Source: Octopus sinensis (taxonomy: Eukaryota). From it: a stretch of 64,000 bases of DNA. A model generated the notes under the pieces. It did no database searches, was not told the DNA's origin, and was given only the letters and a program-made list of their open reading frames with translations. Below are positions 11,375-23,718 of the stretch, piece after piece. Both the position numbers and the translations under genes were made by a program. The stretch is from NCBI RefSeq assembly GCF_006345805.1, contig NC_043000.1, positions 1,116,001 through 1,180,000 of the forward strand, given 5' to 3'. How positions within the stretch are numbered: the stretch's first letter is position 1; every line of letters begins with the position of its first letter.

Positions 11375-11447
11375 AAAAGCATGTTATATGTCATGGTTGT
11401 TGTTGTTCCTGATGGAATAGTCTAAAATTCTGAATCGGCTGAGGCGA

Positions 11448-12000
11448 GGTTATGTGGTTTCGAAATGTTTCACAATTACGTGATTTCAGGTTCAGTCCCA
11501 ATACGTAGCATCTTGGACAAGCATCTTCTACTAGAGCAGCGGTTGTCAAAGTGGGTGGTGGCAGGTTCCAAGAGAGCGTTGAAGAAAAGTAGGGTGATAG
11601 TGGGGTAGCGATTCATGTAAAAAGTGGGGCAATAATGGGTTTGAGATTCGTTTAAAAACAACAAAATGACGGATTCATTAGGTTAAGTTTTATTTATGAA
11701 ATACAGTTGCTTTGAATTTGCTTCAGAAAGAGGTCTATGTTCGTGATGGTTAGTTGGGGTGGGGGTGCTAGGGGTGGGGGTACTAGGAATGTGGCCTGAG
11801 TGTCAAGGGGGGCGGTAGCCTGAAAAAGTTTGGGAACCACTGTACTAGAGTCTCGGGTCGACTAATGTCTTGTGAGTGAATTTGGTAGATGGAAACTGAA
11901 AGGAGCCTGATGTAAATACATACATACGTATGCACGTATGTGTGTGTGTGTGTGGTGTGTGTGTGTGTGTGTGTGTGTGCAGACAATATGAGAGAGTCAG
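11448..12000 (+). mobile_element. Old dominant-family SINE split by a hAT MITE
   Basis: SINE sequence resumes (tctcgggtcgactaatgtcttgtgag) after 11850. Confidence 0.7.
11537..11842. mobile_element. hAT-type MITE
   Basis: Ends cagcggttgtcaaa / tttgggaaccactg; 8-bp TSD tactagag at 11529-11536 and 11843-11850. Confidence 0.8.
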
Positions 12001-12547
12001 ATATGCTCCGTATAGGAAACACATAGTAGTACTCAAATTAATTTGAACTTAATGACCGCGTTCTTCATCACCAGGGCAAGTCCCACGATGCCAACAATAT
12101 CTATAAGAAAAATCCAAAACGAGCTGATTTGGTGTTAGTGCATACAAATAAATACAGTTAAGTTTATATTTTGTACTGTCGTTACTGTCCTGTTTTTGTT
12201 ACCATTTTTACCCCTCCGCAAAAAGATCTCAAATTTTATTTAATTTGCTTTTCGCAGGAAGGAAAGTTTCTATCGAAGATGCGTATCGCCTTCACCTTCG
12301 AAACGCAGAGTAGATGAAACCATGGCGACTGAAGAAGGGGAATTTTCTTTGTGTTATTTGTCCTGTACTCTATTTTTGTTGTTGTTTAAGAAAAATGTCC
12401 AGTTCCTTGGTTTTGTGTTTTATGTTTTCGTTTCTCATTGTGTTCGACGTTTTTTTGGTGTCCTGTACCCATATATGCGTGTATATATACATGTAGAGGT
12501 AGGGACGTACATATATATATGTATATATGTATATGTTTTATTTATTA

Positions 12548-12616
<69 letters not shown>

Positions 12617-12619
<3 letters not shown>

Positions 12620-12771
12620 CGCAGGAGTGGCTGTGTGGTAAGTAGCTTGTAACCAACCACATGGTTCCGGGTTCAGTCCCACTTTGGGCAAGTGTCTTCT
12701 ACTATCGCCTCGGGACGACCAAAGCCTTGTGAGTGGATTTGGTAGACAGAAACTGAAAGAAGCCTGTCGTA

Positions 12772-12815
<44 letters not shown>

Positions 12816-13030
12816 TGTGTGTTTGTGTGTCTGTGTTTGTCCCTTAGCATTGCTTCACAACCGATGCTGGTGTGTTTATGTCCCCGTTATTTAGCGGTTC
12901 GGCAAAACAGACCGATAGAATAAGTACTGGGCTTACAAAAGAATAAGTCCCGGGGTCGAGTTGCTCGATTAAAGGCGGTGCTCCAGCATGGCCGCAGTCA
13001 AATGACTGAAACAAGTAAAAGAGTAAAGAG
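12617..13030 (+). mobile_element. Dominant tRNA-derived SINE, full length
   Basis: aggcgcaggagtggctgtgtgg (box A), gggttcagtccc (box B), internal (TA)n, tail ccagcatggccgcagtcaaatgactgaaacaagtaaaagag. Confidence 0.92.
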
Positions 13031-13770
13031 TATATATATATATATATACACCCGCCACACACATAGATCATAGATACATGTATATATATATATATATTAT
13101 TATTAAGTCATTATTTATTTTTCGTCGCATACAACTTTGTGTTATACAGAGTAATAACTTAAGTGGTTTGTAGTCCATTTGGCGTCCGTCCATTTCTAGC
13201 GTACAGGCATTGTCACTTCAGCGACCTTCATTATAATTTATATTTTTTATAGTTATACTTAAACGTGTGTGTGTGTGTGTGTGTATTCATATATGATTGT
13301 GTGTTTCTTTTTAGAAAGAGTGTCACCGTCAAGATTTGCTACTAGTTTCCAATCTTTCAGAAGGGGAAATATTACTTTGCTTGGAAATAAGTGAGGGTTG
13401 GCGACAGGGAGTGTCTCAAGGGGTAGAAAACCTGTCTCAACGAGTTGCGTCTGCCTCATGCAAACGTGGGAAAATGGATGTTAAAACAAAGAGGAAAGAA
13501 AAAACAGTGGTTGAAAGGACTAACAAAACATTCCTTTGAAGTGTTATCATCTCCTCCATAAATTCATTGTGGAGACAATAGTTTTGGATTTACACACAAG
13601 CTAACAGTTCCGGTGAGAAGGGGAATTAGTCGATACTGTGAACCTCAATACTTGACTGGGGATTTATTTTACCGACCCAGGGTGGGGGAGAATGAACGGC
13701 AAAAGTTGGCAAAAGTTGAACTTCGCTAGATTTAAACTCAGAATGTAAGGAATTGAAATAAATACTGGAC

Positions 13771-14148
13771 TTTTTCTTTCCTACGCTAGGGACAAGGCCC
13801 GAAGTTTTGGGAGAGGAGTCCAGTCGATTAGATCGATCCCAGTACGCAACTGGTACTTAATTTATCGACCTCAAAAGGATGAAAGGCAAAGTCGACTTCG
13901 GCAGAATTTGAACTCAGAACGTAAAGACAGACGAAATACCTATTTCTTTACTACCCACAAGGGGCTAAACACAGAGAGGGCAAACAAGGACAGACAACCG
14001 GTTTAAGTCGATTATATCGACTCCAGTGCGTAACTGGTACTTAATTTACCGATCCCGAAAGGATGAAAGGCAAAGTCGACCTCGGCAGAATTTGAACTCA
14101 GAACGTAAAGACAGACGAAATACTGCAAAGCATTTCGTCCAGCGTGCT
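13771..14148 (-). mobile_element. Tandem SINE (head-A-B)
   Basis: Junction aagaaata|ggtatttcgtc on the minus strand near 13940. Confidence 0.85.
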
Positions 14149-14473
14149 ACTGTACTTTTTCTAACACTCTAATGGTTATGCCTCTTCGCATAATTCGTAT
14201 TTTGTATTTCACACTTGCGCTGGCTGAATTATGCAAAATGTTAGAGAAAACAACTTGTTTCTTGAAAATACATATGTCTAAAGCAAATTTTTTTCATGGA
14301 CACTTTAAATACTTCTGTGGGTCCCCAATTTACTATTTTACTTGTGTAGACACCCACAAAATCTTACATGGACCCTCATGGATCATGTGAGCCCCAGTTA
14401 AGAACCATTGATTCAGACGAATGAATGAGTTAAGCAGTAACGGGAACCAACACCACCAGGGCAAACTGGATGA

Positions 14474-14895
14474 CTTACTTGTACTTGTGACGGCGTTCAC
14501 CCAGGGCGGGTTGAGCCGGTTTCTTCTCTGATCCTGACGACATCACGAGCCATGGCGACCCTCGCTCGACGGTCCAGTGCGAGGTCACTGGAGATAGTGA
14601 GCCATTCTCGGTTCCATCTGCGCAGACCGACTACCTGCGGACCTGAGAGGTCGGAGAGGTCCTCCTTTATCGTCATTGTCCAGGTCTCCAGCTGCCCACC
14701 CGTGCGTTTGCGCCAGCTGGGAAGTGGAGGTGGGAGGAGGACATCGTGAATCAGCTCAGCCTCTGGACGTCGGGCCGCATGACCGAACCACCTTAAGCGC
14801 CGTTGTAGAAGCACCAAAGGGAGGGGTCAGAGATTCAGGCGACGACGAAGACCGGCTGTAGGAACGCGATCCATGCATAGGCATCAAACTGGATA
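14474..14895 (-). mobile_element. 3' end of an RTE-clade LINE
   Basis: RRLRWFGHAARRP...WRKRTGGQLETW...KEDL; tail (caagta)n. Confidence 0.85.
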
Positions 14896-15017
14896 AGCAA
14901 TGAAATAAACAACCCTTATATAACAAGCTATGATTGCTTATCTCTTAGCAATCATAGCTTGTTACACTTATCTACACTTCCGTTCCAAGGTTTTAGATTG
15001 CGCAAATTCCTACGATA

Positions 15018-15432
15018 AGTGCAGGAGTGGCTGTGTGGTAAGTAGCTTGCTAACCAACCACATGGTTCCGGGTTCAGTCCCACTGCGTGGCATCTTGGGC
15101 AAGTGTCTTCTGCTATAGCCCCGGGCCGACCAATGCCTTGTGAGTGGATTTGGTAGGCGGAAACTGAAAGAAGCCTGTCGTATATATGTATATATATATA
15201 AGTGTGTGTATATGTTTGTGTGTCTGTGTTTGTCCCCCTAGCATTGCTTGACAACCGATACTGGTGTGTTTACGTCCCCGTCACTTGGCGGTTCGGCAAA
15301 AGAGACCGATAGAATAAGTACTGGGCTTACAAAGAATAAGTCCTGGGGTCGATTTGCTCGACTAAAGGCGGTGCTCCAGCATGGCCGCAGTCAAATGACT
15401 GAAACAAGTAAAAGAGTAAAAAAGAGTAAAGA
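15018..15432 (+). mobile_element. Dominant SINE, full length
   Basis: Matches 12617-13030. Confidence 0.92.
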
Positions 15433-15787
15433 GAATACACTCAATTATTCGTTCCAATTCTAATTTACTCCTCTCAGCCAATGAATTCTTTCTGATTTAA
15501 TATTTCTTTACAGCAATGTTTTCGATGGCATCGCTATCTTTTACTAGTTTCAGTCATTAGACTGCGGCCATGCTGAAGCACCGCCTCGTAAAATTTCTAG
15601 AACACCGCTTTGAAGGATTTGTAGTCGAATGTATTGACCCAAGTACATTTTGTTAAAGCCTGGTACTTTTTCTGTCGGCTATTTTAGCCGAGTCGCTGAG
15701 TTACGGGAACGTAAATACACCAACACCAGTTGTCAAGCAGTGGTGGAAGAGAAACACAAACATAAAAACTCATACATACACACATGT

Positions 15788-15872
<85 letters not shown>

Positions 15873-15874
<2 letters not shown>

Positions 15875-15990
15875 TGTTTTTAGCCACACAGGGTTGCACA
15901 CAGACGGGACAGATTACAAAGTAGAGCTTTTCTTTTTTGGTGAGAAAAAAAAGCGGGGTAGGTTTTCAATCAAAAAGGATCGTAAAAGGG
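15873..15990 (-). mobile_element. Tx1-like 3' end inside (GATA)n
   Basis: Homologous to 7687 and 40287; GATA runs on both sides. Confidence 0.65.
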
Positions 15991-16028
15991 ATAGATAGGT
16001 AGGTAGGTAGATAGACAGATAGACAGAC

Positions 16029-16111
<83 letters not shown>

Positions 16112-16112
<1 letters not shown>

Positions 16113-16665
16113 GGTCTTCTTTCAGTTTCCATCTACAAAATCCACTCACAAGTCTTTGATCGGCCTAAGATGTCACACAGTGGTACTGAACCCGGAACCA
16201 TGTGGTTGGCATGCAAGATTTTTTACCACCCAGGCAAGCCTACGCTAACATTTATTCATTCCCAGGATTAAACTTTCATTCACTTCATTCACAAATTTCT
16301 TCGCCACGTATAACTCATATTCGATGGCAATTTATCAACAATCCAAACATCTTCGGATATTCTGTTATTAATGTCCAGTTTCCAAAAGAATTTTTCCATA
16401 AAATTAATTTTACGTTGGTAAATATCCGGAATTAGCCATTTGGTATATGTAGTTAGAAATTATACTCTGGAGGCAATACTTAATAATCGATTTTCTATAT
16501 TCTTCTAGGTTTTATAATGAAATTGATATAACTAACAAAAGGTTCATGTTTCATTTCGTTTCAATTTATTTTCGTTTTGTATAATTCAATGACATTCTAT
16601 TGATAATCGTATTCGACATGATTATCATGTGTGTGTGTGTGTGTGTGTGTGTGAGTGTGTGTGTA

Positions 16666-16697
<32 letters not shown>

Positions 16698-17014
16698 TGT
16701 TCGTGTGTGTTTGTGTGTAACTCTACAAGTGCTTGTCTTAGACTATTTTTTCTTTCTCTCTGGCGCAATGCACGAATCGTCGCACACCTCTTTTTTCCAT
16801 CTTAAACTGGATGTCAGCTTAATATATTCACTGTGTACATCCTTTTGACTTTTCTTGCTTTTATTTTCATTTGTATTTTCGATTTACCTCTCAGCCGAAA
16901 TTGCGAGGATGATCCGGTTCTTGACTGAAAATTGAAGGCTTCGAATCTCCAGTCCGTGTTTTTTGTATAGTCTTCTAAATGTTTTGCGTTCTTGTCCCAG
17001 TTTGTATTTTTTTT

Positions 17015-17086
<72 letters not shown>

Positions 17087-17401
17087 GGATATTTACCAAC
17101 GTAAAATTAATTTTATGGAAAATTCTTTTGGAAACTGGATATTAATAACAGAATATCCGAAGATGTTTGGATTGTTGATAAATTGCCATCGAATATGAGT
17201 TATACGTGGCGAAGAAATATGTGAATGAAGTGAATGAAAGTTTAATCCTGAGAATGAATAAATGTTAGCGTAGGCTTGCCTGGGTGGTAAAAAATCTTGC
17301 ATGCCAACCACATGGTTCCGGGTTCAGTACCACTGTGTGGCATCTTGGGCCGACCAAAGACTTGTGAGTGGATTTTGTAGATGGAAACTGAAAGAAGTCC
17401 A
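16112..17401. repeat. Local inverted duplication, arms 16112-16428 and 17086-17401
   Basis: Arms reverse-complement with few mismatches (ORF track gives near-identical MVGMQDFLPPRQ peptides on both strands); flanking (GATA)n/(TATC)n extend the symmetry. Confidence 0.9.
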
Positions 17402-17403
17402 TA

Positions 17404-17461
<58 letters not shown>

Positions 17462-17643
17462 GTATATACGCAGTGAAGCTATACAATAGCGTCGTATTTA
17501 TTACGATTGCTATTTTCCAGTAAATATCGGTGCCTCGTTGTACCATTTATTTACTTATATATATATAATGTGATCTCTTGAGCACCACCAGCAAAAAAAT
17601 TTTTCCCTCTGTCTTCCCTTCTCGGGATCTTTCCTTCTCCTTT

Positions 17644-17678
17644 GTTTCCGACGAAGAGCTCCGCTCGAAACGTTAAAC
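17644..17678 (+). ncRNA. Degenerate minimal hammerhead ribozyme (family D)
   Basis: gttt-CCGACGA-a-gagc(tcc)gctc-GAAA-CGTT-aaac; core U4 is C. Confidence 0.55.
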
Positions 17679-17776
17679 CCTCCTTCCCTTCTTTCCTGAG
17701 CGTCAATAATACTTTAATTGTTCCACGTCCTCGCGTTGCTGTGTTTATTTTTCGTTGTTTTCTTGTTTGGATTAAC

Positions 17777-17823
<47 letters not shown>

Positions 17824-18080
17824 TTTTCTTGTATCACCTAACTTTCTGGATGTTTTGCGTCCTTGTCCCATTTTGTATTTTTATATATATACAGCGGCGT
17901 ACGTACACTTTGGTCTCTTATATGTAAGTACATATTTATTTAAATCTTGTACCACTCTTTCTTTCATTCTTCTATTCTTCCCTTCTTTCTATCGACCCTT
18001 TCACGCTTATTTCCTTCATTCCACTCTTCGTTCTTTGGTTTCCCCTCTCTCACATTTCATTGCTTTCTCTTCAGGCTCAC

Positions 18081-18509
18081 TTTACTCTTTTTACTCTTTT
18101 ACTCTTTTACTCTTTTACTTGTTTCAGTCATTTGACTGCGGCCATGCTGGAGCACCACCTTTAATCGAGCAACTCGACCCCGGGACTTATTCTTTTGTAA
18201 GCCCAGTACTTATTCTATCGGTCTCTTTTGCCGAACCACTAAGTAACGGGGACATAAACACACCACCATCGGTTGTCAAGCAATGCGAGGGGGACAAACA
18301 CAGACACACAAACACACACATGCATATATATATATATATATATACGACGGGCTTCTTTCAGTTTCCGTCTACCAAATCCATTCACAAGGCTTTGGTCGGC
18401 CCGAGGCTATAGTAGAAGACACTTGCCCAAGGTGTCATGCAGTGGGACTGAACCCGGAACCATGTGGTTGGTAAACAAGCTACTTACCACACAGCCACTC
18501 CTGCGCCTA
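18081..18509 (-). mobile_element. Dominant SINE, full length
   Basis: Reverse complement of the 12617 copy. Confidence 0.92.
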
Positions 18510-18587
18510 CTTTCCCTCCTCTTTTCACTTCACCGTGTCCCTGTCATTTTTTCTCGCCCCTCCTTATTTCTTCTGTCCCCCTGCCTC

Positions 18588-18631
<44 letters not shown>

Positions 18632-18699
18632 CCCACGTGACCGGTGTTCAGCCAAGCTTGACCTTTCTTTCTTAGTTCGGCCGTTGTCTGTGCAACATC

Positions 18700-19092
18700 T
18701 ATATTCCTCCCTGTGCTTGTGAAATCTTGTATCCCTGCCGTAAGGCTTTACTTCCTCACACGCCAGCTTAATTTGATTCGTCTTTTGTTGAAAGACACTT
18801 GTTGTTATGTCCTGTTATTTGTATTTGTGTAACTCGCTCCGTTTCTTCAGTCCTTGTTTTCGTATACATTCGCTGCTTTCTTCCAAGGAATCTAATGCTC
18901 TTAGGTTAGTTTTTCCTTGGAAGCAATCTCGTGAATAACCAGCCGAAATTGCCAAGATAATCTGGAACTCGACTGAGGAAAGAAAACTCCGAATGACCCG
19001 TCCTTGTTTTCTTTGTATCGTCTATCTGGTGTTTTGTTGTCCCTTTCTTGTATCACCTAACCGTCTGGATGTTTTGCGACCTTGTCCCATTT

Positions 19093-19100
<8 letters not shown>
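18700..19100. mobile_element. Unclassified repeat ending in (TG)/(TA)n; related pieces at 16800-17025 and 17815-17890
   Basis: Shared cagccgaaattgc...ggatgttttgcg(t/a)ccttgtccca motifs. Confidence 0.55.
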
Positions 19101-19147
<47 letters not shown>

Positions 19148-19211
19148 CAGATCCATCCAACTGATGTTGGATGTGTCGAGATCGATATAAGAAATCTTAC
19201 CTGTTTAAAGT

Positions 19212-19271
19212 TTTACCTGATGAGGTAATCTTCTACAGATACACATTAAATTCTACCGAAACAGTTGTAAA
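19212..19271 (+). ncRNA. Minimal hammerhead ribozyme (family C)
   Basis: tttac-CTGATGA-ggta[26 nt]tacc-GAAA-CAG-TT-gtaaa; intact core, 5-bp stem I, near-palindromic stem III. Confidence 0.7.
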
Positions 19272-19355
19272 TTTTAAACGCTATTCGTGCTTACCATATA
19301 TATATATATATTGCATTTTCAAACCTTGTTTCATATATTATATATTATATATATA

Positions 19356-20146
19356 TATATGAAACAAGGTTTGAAAATGCAATTTTAAAAGATTTTATTC
19401 ACTTGACCGGTTTCACTTTTTTAGAAAAAGATTGTCAAAAGTAACATGTAACAGATTTGTTGTGTTAGGTACTGGTTGACACAAAAGATTACAATACATA
19501 TATACATTCTTTGATTATAATAAGAAAATGTTTAAAACAGTTTACAAGGAGAAATCTTGGGAAAATATTAAAAATTTAAAAAGTTCGTTAAAATATTAGG
19601 CACAAAATATTACAATACATATATACATTCTTTGATTATAATAAGAAAATGTTTAAAACAGTTTATGAAAAAAATTATTTAAAAGTTCATAAAGAATATT
19701 GGGATTTCATTAGAAATCATGTTTGTTTGGAAGTATCTATATATATATACACAGAAAATTATAAGTTCAAAAAGGTCATATTTTGGTATTATATATATAT
19801 ACACAGAAAGAGATATATTTAGTTTACAAAGAATTTGGGATGAACTGACCTGTTTCACCTATTATCAAAGAATGTATATATGTATTGTAATCTTTTGTGC
19901 CTAATATTTTAATGAACTTTTTAATTTTTTAATATTTTCCCAAGATTTCTCCTTGTAAACTGTTTTTAATATGTTCTTATTATTATCAAAGAATGTATAT
20001 ATGTATTGTAATATTTTGTGTCAACCAGTACCTAACACAACAAAGCTTTTACATGTTTCTTTTGACAATCTTTTTCTAAAAAAAGTGAAACCGGTCAAGT
20101 GAATAAACATCTTTTACAATTGCATTTTCAAACCTTCTTTCATATA
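19356..20146. mobile_element. Fold-back element, ~285-bp arms
   Basis: 19356-19641 reverse-complements 19861-20146; the terminus recurs at 19311-19336. Confidence 0.85.
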
Positions 20147-20184
20147 CAATTCCACTCGTGCGGTACCTTACAACTTCACTTTGT

Positions 20185-20218
<34 letters not shown>

Positions 20219-20228
20219 TGCATATGTA

Positions 20229-20259
<31 letters not shown>

Positions 20260-20929
20260 ATGTTATGTCAGGTCACTTTCGAGTGCTACTGGTAACATGT
20301 AACCCATTACAACCTGTTGCATGGTTGGGTCGTCGGCGACTAAACCGGCAACCCAACAAGCTTGCTTGGTGAGGAGGGTGTTTATTGGTCACCCTGCGGG
20401 ATAAAAAACAAAACCCGTCAAAGGGTGGAGGAACTCTTAAGAGTCAACAGCCATCCAATAAACGTCTTAAGGCTGTATCATGCACGGGGACATAGAAATA
20501 ATCGGACTGAATACCCAATCGCATGGTTAAACCATTGGGAGTGAAGGACTCCTAGCCTTTGTTAGGGCATCCTTCTAGGAGAAGGTAACTCAGGTAACTG
20601 GGATAACTCCGACATAAAACCTGCGGCTCAGTGGTTACCGATGATGTTGACTTGTTCTTCTTTTCGGATTATGGCTGCTGTTGCTTAGTGAGTGGGATTG
20701 ACTCAGTGCACGGCCTTTCCCCACTTTAAAAAAAATCTTCTTGCACAGGCATTGCACGATAACAACATTGATTAAGCTTCGTGCAATGGCCATACTCGAT
20801 AACGAGGGGGCAGCCGCCATGTATGAATTTGTGCAGATTTGTATGTTTTGCTTTATGTATGTATTCCCATGCCTATAGTCACATATCTAGACATGCTCAT
20901 ATATATTTAAATGTTTAACATAGAATCAG

Positions 20930-21069
20930 CTTTCTCCTTGTTGTATGTTGTATGCCTGTCATTATTCAGTTTATTTCAAGATTTCTTACCAATAGAGAAA
21001 GAACCGGTTTCTAACCAAGATCCAAGGCTCCTTAATTGGAATTTCAACATAAACAACTGGGTATTTTTG

Positions 21070-21105
<36 letters not shown>

Positions 21106-21149
21106 TGTATGTATGTATGTATGTATGTATGTGTGTATGTATGTATGTA

Positions 21150-21185
<36 letters not shown>

Positions 21186-21482
21186 TGTGAGTGTGTGTAT
21201 GTATGCTTGTATGTATATTTTATATGCCGATTTGTATGTTTTATGTATGTATTTTCATGCATACAGTTGCATATTACTGATTTTTACAGTTCCAGTGATT
21301 GATTGCTTCTGTAGTCTTCGAATTAGCTTTCACCTTTTAGGTTTTGAGAAGCCTAATTTCTCAAGATTGGTATTTAAGCAGTGTATTACACATCCCCAAG
21401 CCCCAATAATTATAGGTATAAACCTGAACTTGCAATCTGGATAGAGTAACTGCACATTTCTCAATAGTTCAGCATTTTCCTT
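20930..21482 (-). mobile_element. R4/Dong-like 3' end, second copy, with internal (CATA)n
   Basis: Minus-strand LLRNVQLLYPDCKFRFIPIIIGA...ITGTVKI; 3' UTR matches 700-779. Confidence 0.8.
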
Positions 21483-21524
21483 AGTTTATTAATATATATA
21501 TTTATATATATTTATATATATATA

Positions 21525-21570
21525 TACTAGCTGAAGGTGACCCGCTCTACGCGCGGGTAAGAGTGTGATT
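21525..21570 (+). mobile_element. HINE/Helentron-like 5' end
   Basis: tactagctg followed by a cccgc...gcggg hairpin. Confidence 0.4.
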
Positions 21571-21591
21571 GTTACTTTCTGTTGCTTCCTT

Positions 21592-21901
21592 TCAGCACGT
21601 AAAAAGCACCATCCGAACGTGGCCGATTGCAGCGCCGCCTTGACTGGCTTCTGTGCCGGTGGCACGTAAAAAGCACCAACCGATCGTTACCGCTGCGAGC
21701 CCCCCTGGCACCTGTGCCGGCGGCACGAAAAAAGCACCCACTACACTCACAGAGTGGTTGGCGTTAGGAAGGTCATCCACCTGTAGAAACACTGCCAGAT
21801 CAGACTGGAGCCTGGTGCAGCCTCCTGGCTTCCCAGACCCCGGTCACACTGTCCAACCCGTGCTAGCACGGAAAACGGACGTTAAACGATGATGATGATG
21901 A
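21592..21901 (+). mobile_element. SINE with repeated ggtggcacgtaaaaagcacc modules and RTE-type (TGA)n tail
   Basis: Homologous to 52930-53203 and 53243-54176; ends cggacgttaaacgatgatgatg. Confidence 0.8.
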
Positions 21902-22216
21902 TTCTCCGTATTTGTTTCTCTCTCATTTCTCTCTCACTTTCCCACTCTCTTACTTTTCTTTCGGACTCTCCCTCGCTTTCTCTTACTCTCTATCTTTATC
22001 TATCTCATTCCCATTTATAAACAACAGAAGATCTTGAGTAAATTGAGAAATAAAATATTTAGAAAGATCAATCATAAATATCAGGCAGTGGCAACGGAAA
22101 GGTCTGCTTCAAGGCAGACAGCAAAACGCTAACATTTAAAAGGGACAGACGAACTTGCGAGCTGAATAAAAATAATAAAATATTGGAAACCAAAGTTGAA
22201 GGGATAGAATCTGAGG

Positions 22217-22470
22217 ATAGTAGAGTCACCATGGCTGGCATTTCTTAACGACGGACAGCAACGTATTGACAGTTTAACGGCTGGCGTAAAATTTTGAACT
22301 TGATGTAAAAGAAAATTCGTAAACACCAAGTTTTGAAGTGATTCTTTCTCACGACAGTAGACTCACCATGGCAAGCATTCAAAACTTCTTTATCATGGAC
22401 GGCAACACATTGACGATTAAAAGGCTGGCGCAAATTTTTTAGCTTGATGTAACAGAGAATTCCTAAACAC
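22217..22470 (+). repeat. Two diverged ~135-bp tandem units
   Basis: agtagagtcaccatggc...taaacacc repeated. Confidence 0.7.
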
Positions 22471-22673
22471 CCGCTCCTTGAAATTTGAATCCCCTTCCAG
22501 CCCCATTTAGATCCCTTTTCACATTTTGGTTAATATAACCCGATTTCATTCGGGTCTGCTGGGGCCACATTTTATAAGATGAGGAATTTTGTCCTAGAGG
22601 TGACGCCTTTCATTTGAGGAAAAAAATAGTTGTCATGCAAACTTGCCAGCACTTTTAACATAGGTGTGCATAT

Positions 22674-23718
22674 TGTTACGGAATCCCCGAAAGTTGTTAC
22701 GGAATCCCACCTGCCGTCGCTCGAACTCGAACCCGGGATCCCAACAAGTCGAGCGACGACGATTGACCAGGCTCGATCGATCGGCGAATTCGCCACGGAA
22801 CTCAGAGAGGAGAGAGATAACAACAACAGCAGCATCAGGAAGAGACACAGAGGCAATCGGCTTACATTTAACCTACTAGTTTATAACACTTTATAATTGT
22901 TACAACATCAAATAAATCAAGATACATATCAGGTACATCAAAAAGGAAATACATGCAAGAAACAACACATCAAAGCATTCGGGTACAATAACAGTTCAGA
23001 TTGATGCAATATACAGTCCGGAGACAACAGTTCTGTTTCAAATCACATTAACGTTACAGTTCAGAGGACAATTAACACATATACGTTCAATGTTCATTAA
23101 ATTCTTTTCAGACTACAACAGAGTCTTTCTTTTCAACAACTCTGTACACAATGTCTTTACACAGTTCTCTTTTTTTTCCTCTCTTCAACACTGTCCTTTA
23201 ACACAATGTTCATTTCTTTTACATTTCAATACATCGATTCTTTTTCCTTCTTTTTTTCCTTTAGCACTGTTCTTTCTCTTTTACAAATACAAACATAAAT
23301 AAACACATACCGTTACATTTTCAGTTACAAACTCCCACTACGAATAGCCATGTCTTCTCGCCGTAATCTCTCCCAGTTCCTTAATCTTCTCTGCCTGTCT
23401 TCCTCTGTCACAGCAGAACAACCATTACTAACTCGCTGTACAATCCCAACTGTTCACTGTCCCTCACAGACTCCCAACGCCGACCGCTTGCCTTGAATCC
23501 CAAATGCTGACTGCCTCTCACAAACTGAACTGCTTATTTAAGGGGGTAGCCTTCAAATGAACCTTAATTCACCTGAAAGGGTCGGGAGGTTTCCCCAGAG
23601 CTAATTAATCAACCCGCATCTGGCAGAACAATGGATTCATTCCCAAAAGTAGGTCGCCAGCTCTGTCCTTAAGTTGAACTCACAACAATATTTTCAGCTG
23701 AATCGACCGACTACGTAA
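22674..23718 (-). mobile_element. Possible solo LTR
   Basis: Begins tgttacgg (duplicated start), ends near acgtaa; ~1 kb non-coding; no clean TSD. Confidence 0.4.
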
